Positions 37,656 to 46,404 of a DNA stretch of 64,000 bases are shown piece by piece. Numbering within the stretch: the first letter of the stretch is position 1; the number at the start of each line of letters is the position of its first letter. The position numbers and the translations under genes were made by a program. The notes under the pieces were generated by a model that had not been told where the DNA came from, did not search any database, and saw only the letters and a program-made list of their open reading frames with translations. The DNA is from Candidatus Nomurabacteria bacterium (GTDB lineage Bacteria > Patescibacteriota > Saccharimonadia > Saccharimonadales > CAIOMD01): assembly GCA_020631975.1 (NCBI GenBank), contig JACKGO010000001.1, positions 67,409 to 131,408 of the forward strand, written 5' to 3'.

Positions 37656-38510
37656 TTATGCCAAAAACCAAGAATTAGCCCCACCCGGCTTTATTTTGCC
37701 GGTGATTTCTAACATAGTAAGGGTTTGGTGAAATGTTTGCACAGGTAGCTTAGAAGTATCTAGCAATATTTCGGCTTCGTGGACTCCACGAGCAATCAGA
37801 TCAAGTAAGGTTTTTTCGGATTCGTTCGCCGCCATAGGCATCGTGCGTTCTGAAGCGGATATCCCAAGCATATTGAGAATATCATCTGCGCCCGTGATAA
37901 TTGCTGCACCGCTGCGGATGAGGTTATGACAGCCAGCTGCTAAGGGGTTAGTTATATGCCCGGGCATCGCACAGATATCAATTCCGCTATCTATAGCAAA
38001 CTGGGCTGTATGGAGGCTGCCGCTCTTAATGGCCGCTTCAGGTATAAATACAAGGTTACTAAGCCCTGCGATAATACGATTTCTTTGTATAAAATTCCCT
38101 TTATACGAAGCGTTGGTTTTTGGTGTATATTCACTTATCAGCGCCCCACCACTGGCGACAATATCTTTTGCTAAAGTACGATGACTCGCAGGATAAACAT
38201 TCTCAAGTCCAGACGGTAATACCGCAATTGTACGTCCACCTACCTCGAGAGCAGCTTTGTGGGCAATGCTATCTGTGCCTAATGCTAAGCCACTTACAAT
38301 GCATATATTTTTTGATGCAACTTCACGCACGATTTGAGTCGTATTGCTCACACCGTAGGGCGAAGGTTTTCTACTCCCTACTACTGCGAGCATCGGCATT
38401 GTAAGAATTTCTGGCCAATTGTGACTCTCTATATACAGTTGTTTTGGTGGTGTGTGCAACCGACTAAGTTGCGAAGGATAGGACTGGTTTTTTTCTGATA
38501 GTATAAGCAT
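37656..38510 (-). CDS. dprA: DNA-processing protein DprA (Smf)
   Basis: VVGSRKPSPYG......IVSGLALGTDS.AH.AAL..GG.TIAVL..GL...YP. Internal ATG 38510 is preferred because the longer track start overlaps an opposing promoter. Confidence 0.85.
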   Translation of the reverse strand: MLILSEKNQSYPSQLSRLHTPPKQLYIESHNWPEILTMPMLAVVGSRKPSPYGVSNTTQIVREVASKNICIVSGLALGTDSIAHKAALEVGGRTIAVLPSGLENVYPASHRTLAKDIVASGGALISEYTPKTNASYKGNFIQRNRIIAGLSNLVFIPEAAIKSGSLHTAQFAIDSGIDICAMPGHITNPLAAGCHNLIRSGAAIITGADDILNMLGISASERTMPMAANESEKTLLDLIARGVHEAEILLDTSKLPVQTFHQTLTMLEITGKIKPGGANSWFLA

Positions 38511-38534
38511 AAGCAAATAATTAATAAAATAGTA

Positions 38535-38563
38535 TTGACATAACAGCAAGGAAGTGCTAATAT
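38535..38563 (+). promoter_or_regulatory. Near-consensus sigma-70-type promoter (TTGACA-17 nt-TAATAT)
   Basis: TTGACA at 38535-38540, a 17-nt spacer, and TAATAT at 38558-38563. It points into the structured region below. Confidence 0.55.
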
Positions 38564-38569
38564 AAGTTA

Positions 38570-38875
38570 CTGTAAGCGTTATTTTTATGACGCATTACGC
38601 ACCTTATACCCCCAAATTCTAACACTATTGTTAGTAGATGTTAGAAAGTTTTAGAACGTGCCGAGTAATTGTTGTTACCCTCCACGGTTATTTAGCGCTG
38701 TTGGTTTTACCAACTTATCATACGTTCTAAAACTTACTAACGCCTTTAACCTAATGAAGCTCAACCCCTCGGATTTGTGTGAGGTGGGAAAATGTAGCGT
38801 GTGGGACACACTCCCCGGGTTGAAGGCTGAAAAGAGCCTACAGCGGTGCCCACCCCCTCTGTAGGCTCTTTTTTG
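38570..38875 (+). ncRNA. Candidate ~300-nt structured leader or sRNA (class not recognised)
   Basis: Bounded by the promoter above and a strong terminator. It contains a 19-bp long-range helix (38640-38658 with 38723-38741, 1 mismatch) and several local hairpins. The only ORF is a 68-aa track ORF that runs through the terminator. Confidence 0.35.
38830..38875 (+). terminator. Rho-independent terminator 20 nt upstream of the next start codon
   Basis: AAAAGAGCCTACAG-15 nt loop-CTGTAGGCTCTTTTTT. Confidence 0.8.
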
Positions 38876-38894
38876 TTATACTTATGTTTATATT

Positions 38895-39497
38895 ATGCAC
38901 TCTATTAGAAAACTTATCTTGCCAGAGCTTAGTGAAGTAATATTATATATCATGAGTGCGTTCACACTACTGTTAGTAGCCAATATGCAGCTATTATGGC
39001 AGCAAAATAGCGATGGGGTGAGCATATCTGCTGTCTGGCAATCACAGCCATATAGCTACCTCATTGCTGATCAAATTACATCTTTTGAGGCAAATATTGA
39101 TCCACGTATTATTGATTTTATGATATGGGCAACTTTTGGTGCACTCACCATATTGATATTCTTTGCTGCGCAGCATGTCACTAAAGAATATACAGAAAGA
39201 ATTGCCTTGGCGCAGTCTATACACAATAAAACATTTCGTAAAACAGAGTTTACTGCACTATTCAAAAAAATTGGTATACAGCTCTGTGGGTTAGTACTCT
39301 TTGTCATGGTACTTAGGACTTTTTTTGGATATATTTTCCCATCGGTCTCAAATGATTTTGTGACTGCTTTACTCAATGTAACAAACGCGATGAGCTTTAT
39401 AATAATTAGTAAAGCCGTAGCAATAACGGCAATCGGTTTATACGCCATAGCACTTAGTCTACGAGTGCTACTTTTACGCACCCGAGTGTTTGGTTAA
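38895..39497 (+). CDS. Hypothetical polytopic membrane protein (200 aa)
   Basis: 4-5 predicted TM helices. No family was recognised. Confidence 0.5.
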   Translation: MHSIRKLILPELSEVILYIMSAFTLLLVANMQLLWQQNSDGVSISAVWQSQPYSYLIADQITSFEANIDPRIIDFMIWATFGALTILIFFAAQHVTKEYTERIALAQSIHNKTFRKTEFTALFKKIGIQLCGLVLFVMVLRTFFGYIFPSVSNDFVTALLNVTNAMSFIIISKAVAITAIGLYAIALSLRVLLLRTRVFG

Positions 39498-40141
39498 AGC
39501 AATATAATAGAACGAGTGTCGTGTGGTAAAGTTCCACCGTAAATGTACTCGTTTGCGACGAGCGACGCTTCGTTTACCAGCGACGCTACGTGTGGTTTTT
39601 CTTGTGCAGAAAATGTACCAAGCACAAAGCTACTTGTATCGTCTTTTGGTGTATGTTCGTTTTTAATGCCAATGCGAATACGTCCAAATTCTGGTCCGAG
39701 CTGTTGAATGACCGATTGTACTCCATTGTGGCCAGCTGACTGCCCACCTACGCGCATGCGGATTTGACCGAACGTTATAGACAGCTCATCGTGTATGACT
39801 ACAATATCTTGCAGCGGGATTTTATAAAAGTGAGCAATGCGTTGTACGGCTTGACCTGATTCGTTCATGTACGTGGTAGGTTTTGCGAGAATTACCTTAG
39901 TGTCACCAATAGTATGTTCGGAAATGTCAGCCTTAAAATCTTTGTTTGTGGTAAAGCTTGGAAAATCTAATGACGCAGCGAGCGAATCAAGTACCAAAAA
40001 CCCAATATTGTGCCGCGTACGTTCATATTTTTTACCTGGGTTCCCGAGCCCAACAATGAGAATGCGACGTGTCTGAGCTACGCCTATAGTGTAGGGCACT
40101 TTTAATGATTGGTGGAGTGGCTGTCTTTGAAATAAGCCCAT
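39494..40141 (-). CDS. pth: Peptidyl-tRNA hydrolase
   Basis: LIVGLGNPGKKYERTRHNIGF and GHNG..S. Confidence 0.85.
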   Translation of the reverse strand: MGLFQRQPLHQSLKVPYTIGVAQTRRILIVGLGNPGKKYERTRHNIGFLVLDSLAASLDFPSFTTNKDFKADISEHTIGDTKVILAKPTTYMNESGQAVQRIAHFYKIPLQDIVVIHDELSITFGQIRMRVGGQSAGHNGVQSVIQQLGPEFGRIRIGIKNEHTPKDDTSSFVLGTFSAQEKPHVASLVNEASLVANEYIYGGTLPHDTRSIILL

Positions 40142-40143
40142 TG

Positions 40144-41499
40144 TTAGTGTTTCTTCCCTTCTGTTTTATGTCGATCGATACTTTTTTCTAGATAGTACAT
40201 TTTTATCGCAGTTCCTTCAAAGCCAAAGCTTAAACGGAGTTGTTTTTCTAGGTAGCGTTTATAGCTCCAGTGCAGGAGTTTGGTATGGGCACCAAAGACC
40301 TTAAATGTAGGTGTTTGGGCATCTGTTTGGACAATATAGTTGAGCTTCGGGTGCCGATTCTTTAGCCCTGCTGGAGGATGCGCATCAGCACAAAAACGAA
40401 GCCATCTATTAAGCTCTGGGGTAGCTATCTTTTTCTGGCGAGCAGCGGTGATATCTAGTGCTAAATCAAATAGTTTCGTAACGTTTTTACCTGTTGTCGC
40501 GCTGGTAAATATTAGGGGAGCCCACGGTATAAAGTCAAAATCACGTTTTATTTGCGGAGCGAGTGCATCACGTGTGTAAGCATCTTTTTCTTCTACACTA
40601 TCCCATTTGCTTACCACTAAAATTAGCCCCTTCCCTGCGTCGTTTATCATGCCAGCGATTTTTTGATCGAGCGCAACACTTAGTTCGTTTACGTCTACGA
40701 GCAGTAAGCAAATATCAGCTTGTTCAATCGCAGCAAGCGAGCGCAACACACTAAACTGTTCGACTCCTCGTTCAATCCGCCCACTGCGGCGAATACCAGC
40801 TGTGTCTAGAAGTTCGATCTCTTTACCTTGGTACCGTATCACCGTACGATTGATGTCTCTTGTGGTACCAGCCCTATCTGCAACGACCGCTTGTTGTTTT
40901 TTTGCCAGAGTATTAAAAAGGTAGCTCTTGCCCACATTTGGTCGCCCTAAAATTGCTAATCGAATGCGATCATCAGCTTCTTTAATAGTTGCCCTTGGTA
41001 ATATTTCGGCCAGGTATTCCATGAGCTCTTCTATGCCAGCTCGTTGGGTTGTGCTCGTACCAAATATGGTTTTAATACCGAGTCGTTGCCAACGTGTTAG
41101 GTCGTCGTGTGGTGCTTTGTCAATTTTATTAACAACCAGAATAACTTCTTTTTTGCTTTTAAGAGCCATAGTGGCAACGCGGCGGTCGTCTTGAGTGATT
41201 TGTACGTCTGCAGAAACGGTTACAAGTATAACATCTGCACTATCGGCTGCTTGGTTAATTTGTTCTTGTATGGTGAGCTCAAAGTCGTCTTCTGCTGGTT
41301 TGATACCTGCAGTGTCTACGAGCCAAAAATCATGTCCATCAAAACTAGCTTTCACTGAAATACTATCACGTGTAGTGCCAGCTTCTTTTGCAACAATAGC
41401 CTCGCGGTAGCCAACCATAACATTAAACAGACTGCTTTTGCCCACGTTGGCACGCCCTACAAGGGCAACAATTGGTGTTTTGTTTGTACTCATTGCCAT
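40144..41499 (-). CDS. der: Ribosome-biogenesis GTPase Der (EngA)
   Basis: Two tandem GTPase domains (GRANVGKSSLFN, GRPNVGKSYLFN; DTAG twice; NKID, SKWD) plus a KH-like C-terminus. Confidence 0.9.
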   Translation of the reverse strand: MAMSTNKTPIVALVGRANVGKSSLFNVMVGYREAIVAKEAGTTRDSISVKASFDGHDFWLVDTAGIKPAEDDFELTIQEQINQAADSADVILVTVSADVQITQDDRRVATMALKSKKEVILVVNKIDKAPHDDLTRWQRLGIKTIFGTSTTQRAGIEELMEYLAEILPRATIKEADDRIRLAILGRPNVGKSYLFNTLAKKQQAVVADRAGTTRDINRTVIRYQGKEIELLDTAGIRRSGRIERGVEQFSVLRSLAAIEQADICLLLVDVNELSVALDQKIAGMINDAGKGLILVVSKWDSVEEKDAYTRDALAPQIKRDFDFIPWAPLIFTSATTGKNVTKLFDLALDITAARQKKIATPELNRWLRFCADAHPPAGLKNRHPKLNYIVQTDAQTPTFKVFGAHTKLLHWSYKRYLEKQLRLSFGFEGTAIKMYYLEKSIDRHKTEGKKH

Positions 41500-41624
41500 C
41501 AGTATAACAGATATAGACTCATTGACAAATAGACGTATTGCATGCATAACTACATATGATGAACAGCGTAGATATTTTGAGTTATACGCTACGCATACAT
41601 ATGTAGCGTTTGTTGCGCGACGTG

Positions 41625-42293
41625 TTATATAGTAACGAGTTTATATTTACCAATTGCTAAATTTTTGAGTTGGTATTCACCAAACTGAGTCCGGTGCAGA
41701 CGTATCACAGTGTAGCCTAACGCAGAAAACGTACGACGAATCTGACGATTCCTACCCTCTTGTATACTTACCCACCAGCACGTGGCATCACGAGGAGTGT
41801 ACTGCTTGAGCTCTAGTCTACTCATGCCATCTTCTAAAAGTACACCTTCCCCACTGATAAGCTGTGCGTGTTCTTGAAGTAGTTGCTTATCTAGGGTAAC
41901 CATATAGACTTTAGTCTTATTGCTGCTGGGGTGCATCAGGCTTTGTGAGAGCGTACCATTGTTTGTCAAAAGTAATAACCCAGTCGAATCTTTATCAAGC
42001 CGACCAATCGGGTTAAGATTCTGGTAAGTTGCAGGCAGTAGGTCATAAATAGTTTTACATCCTTGACCATCTCGACTGCATACGTAGCCAATAGGTTTAT
42101 GTAGCATTATCGTTGTGAAGGTGTGTGGTACGACGATGTGTTTGCCACGTAGAGCGACAATGTCACCTTTTTCTACTTGCACACCAATATCAGCAATAGT
42201 GTCGTTTACTGTAACTTCACCTTGGCTAATCGCAGCATCTGCTTTGCGCCGGCTGAGCCCAGTGGCGAGCGCTACATACTTATTAATACGCAT
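41625..42293 (-). CDS. RsuA/RluB-family pseudouridine synthase with S4 domain
   Basis: S4 N-terminus (RINKYVALATGLSRRKAD) and the catalytic block GRLDKDSTGLLLLTNNG. Confidence 0.8.
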   Translation of the reverse strand: MRINKYVALATGLSRRKADAAISQGEVTVNDTIADIGVQVEKGDIVALRGKHIVVPHTFTTIMLHKPIGYVCSRDGQGCKTIYDLLPATYQNLNPIGRLDKDSTGLLLLTNNGTLSQSLMHPSSNKTKVYMVTLDKQLLQEHAQLISGEGVLLEDGMSRLELKQYTPRDATCWWVSIQEGRNRQIRRTFSALGYTVIRLHRTQFGEYQLKNLAIGKYKLVTI

Positions 42294-42369
42294 ATCTATA
42301 TACTACCAGTGTATGGCAAGGTATCACTAGCGATAAGGTTCATGTGTAGCCCAGGTGTTTGTCGTTGTT

Positions 42370-43914
42370 TTACAGTGCAATATTGTTTGGGTCGTTGGGA
42401 TTTTGAGGTGTGGTCTCTGGAGCTTGAGCTGTAACACTAGGATTAGGTGGTGCTGCTTGCAGCGGGGCAGCTGGTATATTTTGGGCGGCTGCTTCTTCTG
42501 CAGCTTCTTCATTAGCGTACATGCCTTCTATTTGTGTAACATCAGCTGTTTCTAATGGGGGTGCGTTTTCCTCGATGGCAGGTGCTGTTGTAATTGGATT
42601 ATCTTGGGTATCGTTTGCTACCGGCGGACTTTCTATGACACTACCGCTGCCCGGGTTAATAACCGGAGAATCAGCAGCCTCTTTAGCCATTTCTTCTTCG
42701 TATAAGGCATGAATATCTGGCATTGACAGCGTTTGGCCATTAACTGGCTGAATAACTTTTTTTCTGGCAGATGCTGGTTCTGGACTACTCGTGTTAATTG
42801 GTACAACAGGAGGCACGTTTGTTTGGGTGGTTGCGGGCTGTGCGCTTACAATAGTTGGCTCTTCGGCAGCATTTTGAGCATGGATAATATCTTGCTGAGT
42901 GGGTGTATGCACAGGTTCTTGGTGTGATGCTGCTGGTGTCGCATTATCTGACGCGAACTCTTCGATTTGCTGGGCGACTTCGTTAAGTTCTGCTTGCATA
43001 GCTTCTGGATCGGCGGCTGCGACAGTTGGTGCTGGCGACGTTGGTTCAGGATTTGCGCCACTTATAGGGTTAACGGGCGCTGAAGCTGTGACCACTGGTG
43101 GATTACCCATACCAGTAGCTGGATCAGTTGTAGTGGTAACTACCGGATCTGGCGTATTTGTAGAGCTTGCACTGGCTTGCTGCGGCACTGTCGGCACTTC
43201 AGAAGTAGTTTGCTGCGGCAATGGTGCTGTAGTGCTAGGCTCACTCACAACGGGTGCAGGAGCTGGCATGGGCTCGGCTACTGGCGCGGTGACGTTCTGT
43301 GCGTCTTGGCTCGTCGCATCTGAATATGGGTCGGAGACATTAATCGTCGGGCTCGGCGCATCTGTTGGAGCAGCAGAGGGTATTGCATCTGCTGCAGGTT
43401 CGACTGGCAGTGCTACCGTAGTAGGCTCACTCACAACGGGTGCAGGAGCTGGCATGGGCTCGGCTACTGGCGCTTCATTTGTTGGTAGGCTGGCAGTAGT
43501 TTCAGTTGGAGTCGTCTCTTCTGTAGGGGGCGATAATTCGCCAGTTTCGTCACCAAGTAAGTCATGAACAACGCGAGCTACATCTTCTAGCGTGACTTGC
43601 GATTTTACAAGATATTTATCGGCACCAAGTTCATCTGCGCGTGATTTATCTTCTGCCTGACTAAGGGCAGTCATCATTATAATTTTAACGTCTTTTGTTT
43701 CTGGCGTTTGCCGTAAGATATCTAGCATATCAAAGCCACTTATCTTTGGCATCATAACATCACTAATAATAAGGTCTGGCTTTTCAGTTACGGCAGTTTG
43801 TAATGCCTCTTCGCCATCGCTTGCAGACACGATATCATAGCCTTCAGCCATGAGCCGTTCGCCGTATATTTCTCTTAGGTTGTTATCGTCTTCTACCAGT
43901 AGGATTTTTGCCAT
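42370..43914 (-). CDS. Response regulator: receiver domain fused to a ~390-aa Pro/Ala/Thr/Glu-rich low-complexity tail (no recognisable output domain)
   Basis: The N-terminal 120 aa form a canonical receiver (VEDDNN, LIISDVMMP, MMTALS, YLVKS). The remainder is compositionally biased and contains a 17-aa exact repeat. Confidence 0.75.
   Translation of the reverse strand: MAKILLVEDDNNLREIYGERLMAEGYDIVSASDGEEALQTAVTEKPDLIISDVMMPKISGFDMLDILRQTPETKDVKIIMMTALSQAEDKSRADELGADKYLVKSQVTLEDVARVVHDLLGDETGELSPPTEETTPTETTASLPTNEAPVAEPMPAPAPVVSEPTTVALPVEPAADAIPSAAPTDAPSPTINVSDPYSDATSQDAQNVTAPVAEPMPAPAPVVSEPSTTAPLPQQTTSEVPTVPQQASASSTNTPDPVVTTTTDPATGMGNPPVVTASAPVNPISGANPEPTSPAPTVAAADPEAMQAELNEVAQQIEEFASDNATPAASHQEPVHTPTQQDIIHAQNAAEEPTIVSAQPATTQTNVPPVVPINTSSPEPASARKKVIQPVNGQTLSMPDIHALYEEEMAKEAADSPVINPGSGSVIESPPVANDTQDNPITTAPAIEENAPPLETADVTQIEGMYANEEAAEEAAAQNIPAAPLQAAPPNPSVTAQAPETTPQNPNDPNNIAL
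43236..43473 (-). repeat. Perfect 52-nt direct repeat inside the response-regulator tail
   Basis: 43236-43287 is identical to 43422-43473 (186 nt = 62 codons apart). Both copies encode APVAEPMPAPAPVVSEP. Confidence 0.85.
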
Positions 43915-43992
43915 GATATGTAAGTTGCCCTTTATTGATTATGCTTATCTGATTATTGTAGCATGGAGCTGATTTCTTTTACTAGGGTGCGA

Positions 43993-45273
43993 CTACAAGG
44001 TAGGTTGCGTCACTTGTGGTTGCCCAGCAGTACCACTTGCGGCAGCGGTTTCTTGGATCTGGAGCGCTTGGGCTTTTTCTGTCGTTAGTCGCGGCAAATT
44101 GATATAAAAGATGCTTCCCTGGCCAAGTGTGCTTTCTACCCATACTCGCCCGTTATACATTTCTACAATTTTGCGGCAAATAAACAAACCGAGACCAGTA
44201 CCACCTATGGTGCGTGTCGCCGTATTGTCTACGCGGTAAAACTTTTCAAACAAGTGTGGTACATCTTCTTTGGGAATACCAGCGCCAGTGTCTTGGATTC
44301 TAATTTGAACAACATGGTCATCACCAGTAATGCCCACGCTTACTTTTCCGCTATCTGTATATTTTGTGGCATTATCAAACAAGTTGGTAATCACTTCTCT
44401 CATGCGGTCTGGGTCTATGTGAGCATAATAAAGGGGCCTTACAACTTTTTTCCCGCCAGCTTCACCGCGGTTACCGCTAGTGGCTTGGCCGACAGCGCCT
44501 ATAAGGTATTCCATACCAAGACCCTTTTTTTCTGCACTAAAGCGCAAATCTTGTGTTAATTGCTCTAAATATTCACCCATTTCTGTCACTACAGGGTGAT
44601 TTTGCAAACGGCCGTCTTCTGCTTTGGCACTTGTTAATAAATCTTGGAATAACTTACCCAAGTGCTGGGTGCTGGTGTGAGCTTTTTCTAAATAATCACG
44701 TGCCTTTGAGTCTATTTTAGAGACGCGCTCATTCATAGCAAGCGCTAAGTAACCTTCTATCGCAGCTACTGGTGTGCGCATTTCGTGGCTGGCGGTACTT
44801 ATAAATTCTGCCCGTTGTGCTTCTGCGCTTCGTTGTTCGGTGACGTCTCTAAATACGCCAACTGCGCCCGTGATCTGGTTTTGTTGATTGATAAGTGGGG
44901 TGACTGTAATATCAAGCGCGATGAGCTTGCCACCGCTTGATAATATATTAGCTTGATTGTCTTTGATGGTAGCAATTTCTGTAAAAATACGGTAAAACGG
45001 ATCCATTTCTTGCGTGTATGGTTCGTTCTTTTTATCTATGAGCTTTAATACAGATGTGTACTGAATATTAAGTGCATCTTTTTGTGCCCACCCTGTAATT
45101 TTTTCTGCTGCTGGGTTGAAAAGCTGAATTGTTTTATTAGCATCAATTAAAATAACGCCGTCGTCTATGGCATTTAAAATGATGTCAGATTTGGCCTTTT
45201 CGTCAAATAAATTTTTGGCGAGCGTAGGCGCTTGGTTTGACTGTGGCGTTTGCTTTTTATTAAAACCGAGCAT
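43993..45273 (-). CDS. Soluble PAS-domain sensor histidine kinase
   Basis: PAS region (DGVILIDANKTIQLFNPAAEKITGW), H-box (STASHEMRTPV), N-box (NLFDNATKYT), G1 (QDTGAGI) and G2 (GGTGLGL). Confidence 0.85.
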   Translation of the reverse strand: MLGFNKKQTPQSNQAPTLAKNLFDEKAKSDIILNAIDDGVILIDANKTIQLFNPAAEKITGWAQKDALNIQYTSVLKLIDKKNEPYTQEMDPFYRIFTEIATIKDNQANILSSGGKLIALDITVTPLINQQNQITGAVGVFRDVTEQRSAEAQRAEFISTASHEMRTPVAAIEGYLALAMNERVSKIDSKARDYLEKAHTSTQHLGKLFQDLLTSAKAEDGRLQNHPVVTEMGEYLEQLTQDLRFSAEKKGLGMEYLIGAVGQATSGNRGEAGGKKVVRPLYYAHIDPDRMREVITNLFDNATKYTDSGKVSVGITGDDHVVQIRIQDTGAGIPKEDVPHLFEKFYRVDNTATRTIGGTGLGLFICRKIVEMYNGRVWVESTLGQGSIFYINLPRLTTEKAQALQIQETAAASGTAGQPQVTQPTL

Positions 45274-45428
45274 TATTGCAGCACAATCCCACCATTGCTA
45301 GTAAAACGCATACGTTTATTATTGCAGTTACACCCTGTAAAAACAATAACGGTTTCTATTACATCAGGAGATGTATTTGTGCATGAAATATACTACACTA
45401 GTAGGTAGTACTAAATGAAAGGAGTGAT

Positions 45429-45842
45429 ATGAGAGGACCGATAGACTATTTAGTGGTTGGTTTTGAAGGTAATAAATTTGACGGGAGTGTACTTGAGGCT
45501 TTATCCGACGCTATAGATAAAAACATAATCCGGGTCATCGCGCTTGGGTTTGTCCAAAAAGATACAGACGGAACGCTAACGCAGCTGAATGTTACTGATT
45601 CAGGCGACGAAGTAATAGCCTCTTTTTCACAAAAATATGTCACAGACGGTTCTGCCATTACTCAAGATGACATAGACGAAGTTGGTGATATTTTAGAGCC
45701 AGATACAGCCGCTGGCTTACTGGTGCTAGAACACGTATGGGCATTACCACTTAAAAAAGCACTTATTGATGCCAATGGGTATCTCATCGCCGAAGGCCGG
45801 ATCCACCCAGAAGCACAAACTGAACTAGAAGGAGGAAATTAA
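45429..45842 (+). CDS. Conserved hypothetical protein (family I recall as DUF6325-like; usually paired with a SHOCT protein)
   Basis: N-terminal GPIDYLVVGFEGNKFDGSVLEAL...IRVIALGFVQKDTDG pattern. AAAGGAG SD. Confidence 0.5.
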   Translation: MRGPIDYLVVGFEGNKFDGSVLEALSDAIDKNIIRVIALGFVQKDTDGTLTQLNVTDSGDEVIASFSQKYVTDGSAITQDDIDEVGDILEPDTAAGLLVLEHVWALPLKKALIDANGYLIAEGRIHPEAQTELEGGN

Positions 45843-45843
45843 T

Positions 45844-46107
45844 ATGCCAGGATTATTACGAGGAGTAGCTAGGACGGCTGTAGTTGCTGGAACGGCAACG
45901 GCAGTTTCTAATAACGTTAGCCGACGCCAAGCGAGGCGATGGTCTCAGAACGACGATCAGGTGCAACAACCACAACAAGCTGCCCCTATGGCAACAAGTA
46001 ACGAGGACCAAATTCAAGAGCTACAACAACTAGCTGCCTTAAAAGATCAAGGTATTCTTACGCAAGAAGAATTTGACGCCAAAAAGAGGCAGATTTTGGG
46101 TATTTAA
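45844..46107 (+). CDS. SHOCT-domain protein
   Basis: C-terminal LAALKDQGILTQEEFDAKKRQILG is the SHOCT motif. The start lies 1 nt after the upstream stop. Confidence 0.65.
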   Translation: MPGLLRGVARTAVVAGTATAVSNNVSRRQARRWSQNDDQVQQPQQAAPMATSNEDQIQELQQLAALKDQGILTQEEFDAKKRQILGI

Positions 46108-46194
46108 TTACAGCTTACGGGGTTAGACAGAGTATTGGTAATGTGGTAAAGTACTACTGAGTTTTACATATAGACGCAGCAGTATATACGAAAT

Positions 46195-46271
46195 GGCCCC
46201 GTCGTCTAGTGGTCCAGGATATCTGGTTCTCATCCAGAAGATCGCGGGTTCGAACCCCGCCGGGGTCACCA
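46195..46271 (+). tRNA. tRNA-Glu (anticodon CUC), CCA encoded
   Basis: Hand-folded cloverleaf: acceptor GGCCCCG/CGGGGTC, anticodon stem TCTGG/CCAGA with loop TTCTCAT, T-arm GCGGG-TTCGAAC-CCCGC, and a D-arm GTCTAGTGGTCCAGGA typical of tRNA-Glu. Confidence 0.9.
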
Positions 46272-46278
46272 TGAAAAT

Positions 46279-46303
46279 AGCTCACCTACGCGTGGGCTTT
46301 TTT
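46279..46303 (+). terminator. Rho-independent terminator after tRNA-Glu
   Basis: AGCTCAC-ctacgc-GTGGGCT followed by TTTTT. The outer CCATGAAAA/TTTTCATGG extends the stem. Confidence 0.7.
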
Positions 46304-46404
46304 CATGGAATAACTAGAATAGAGTTGTTTTAGGTCTCAATATTTGCATACAATATTGATGCATTGTAAAATTTATAGGCTAGGTTACTAGAGGACATCT
46401 ACAA

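Noticed and set aside
38658-38864. The 68-aa plus-strand track ORF (MPSNCCYPPRLFS...).
   Set aside because: It starts at GTG without an SD. It runs through the long helices and ends inside the intrinsic terminator stem. The region is better explained as structured RNA.
38570-38875. Assignment of the structured leader to a known riboswitch class (T-box, TPP or fluoride/crcB).
   Set aside because: - T-box: the conserved GGUGGNACCGCG motif is absent.
- TPP: the CUGAGA and ACCCUUUGAACCUGAUC motifs are not matched.
- Fluoride: GGCTGAAAAGAGCCTAC only superficially resembles CUGAUGAUGCCUAC, and the downstream gene is not CrcB-like.
42899-43567. A 222-aa plus-strand ORF, and many other antisense ORFs in the track (for example 83-295, 694-1017, 8046-8636, 20675-21547, 31128-31424, 47789-48130).
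   Set aside because: Each lies wholly inside, and antisense to or out of frame with, a gene that has clear family motifs. Their translations are low-complexity (G/S/A/V-rich or Ser/Cys-rich) shadows of the real frame.
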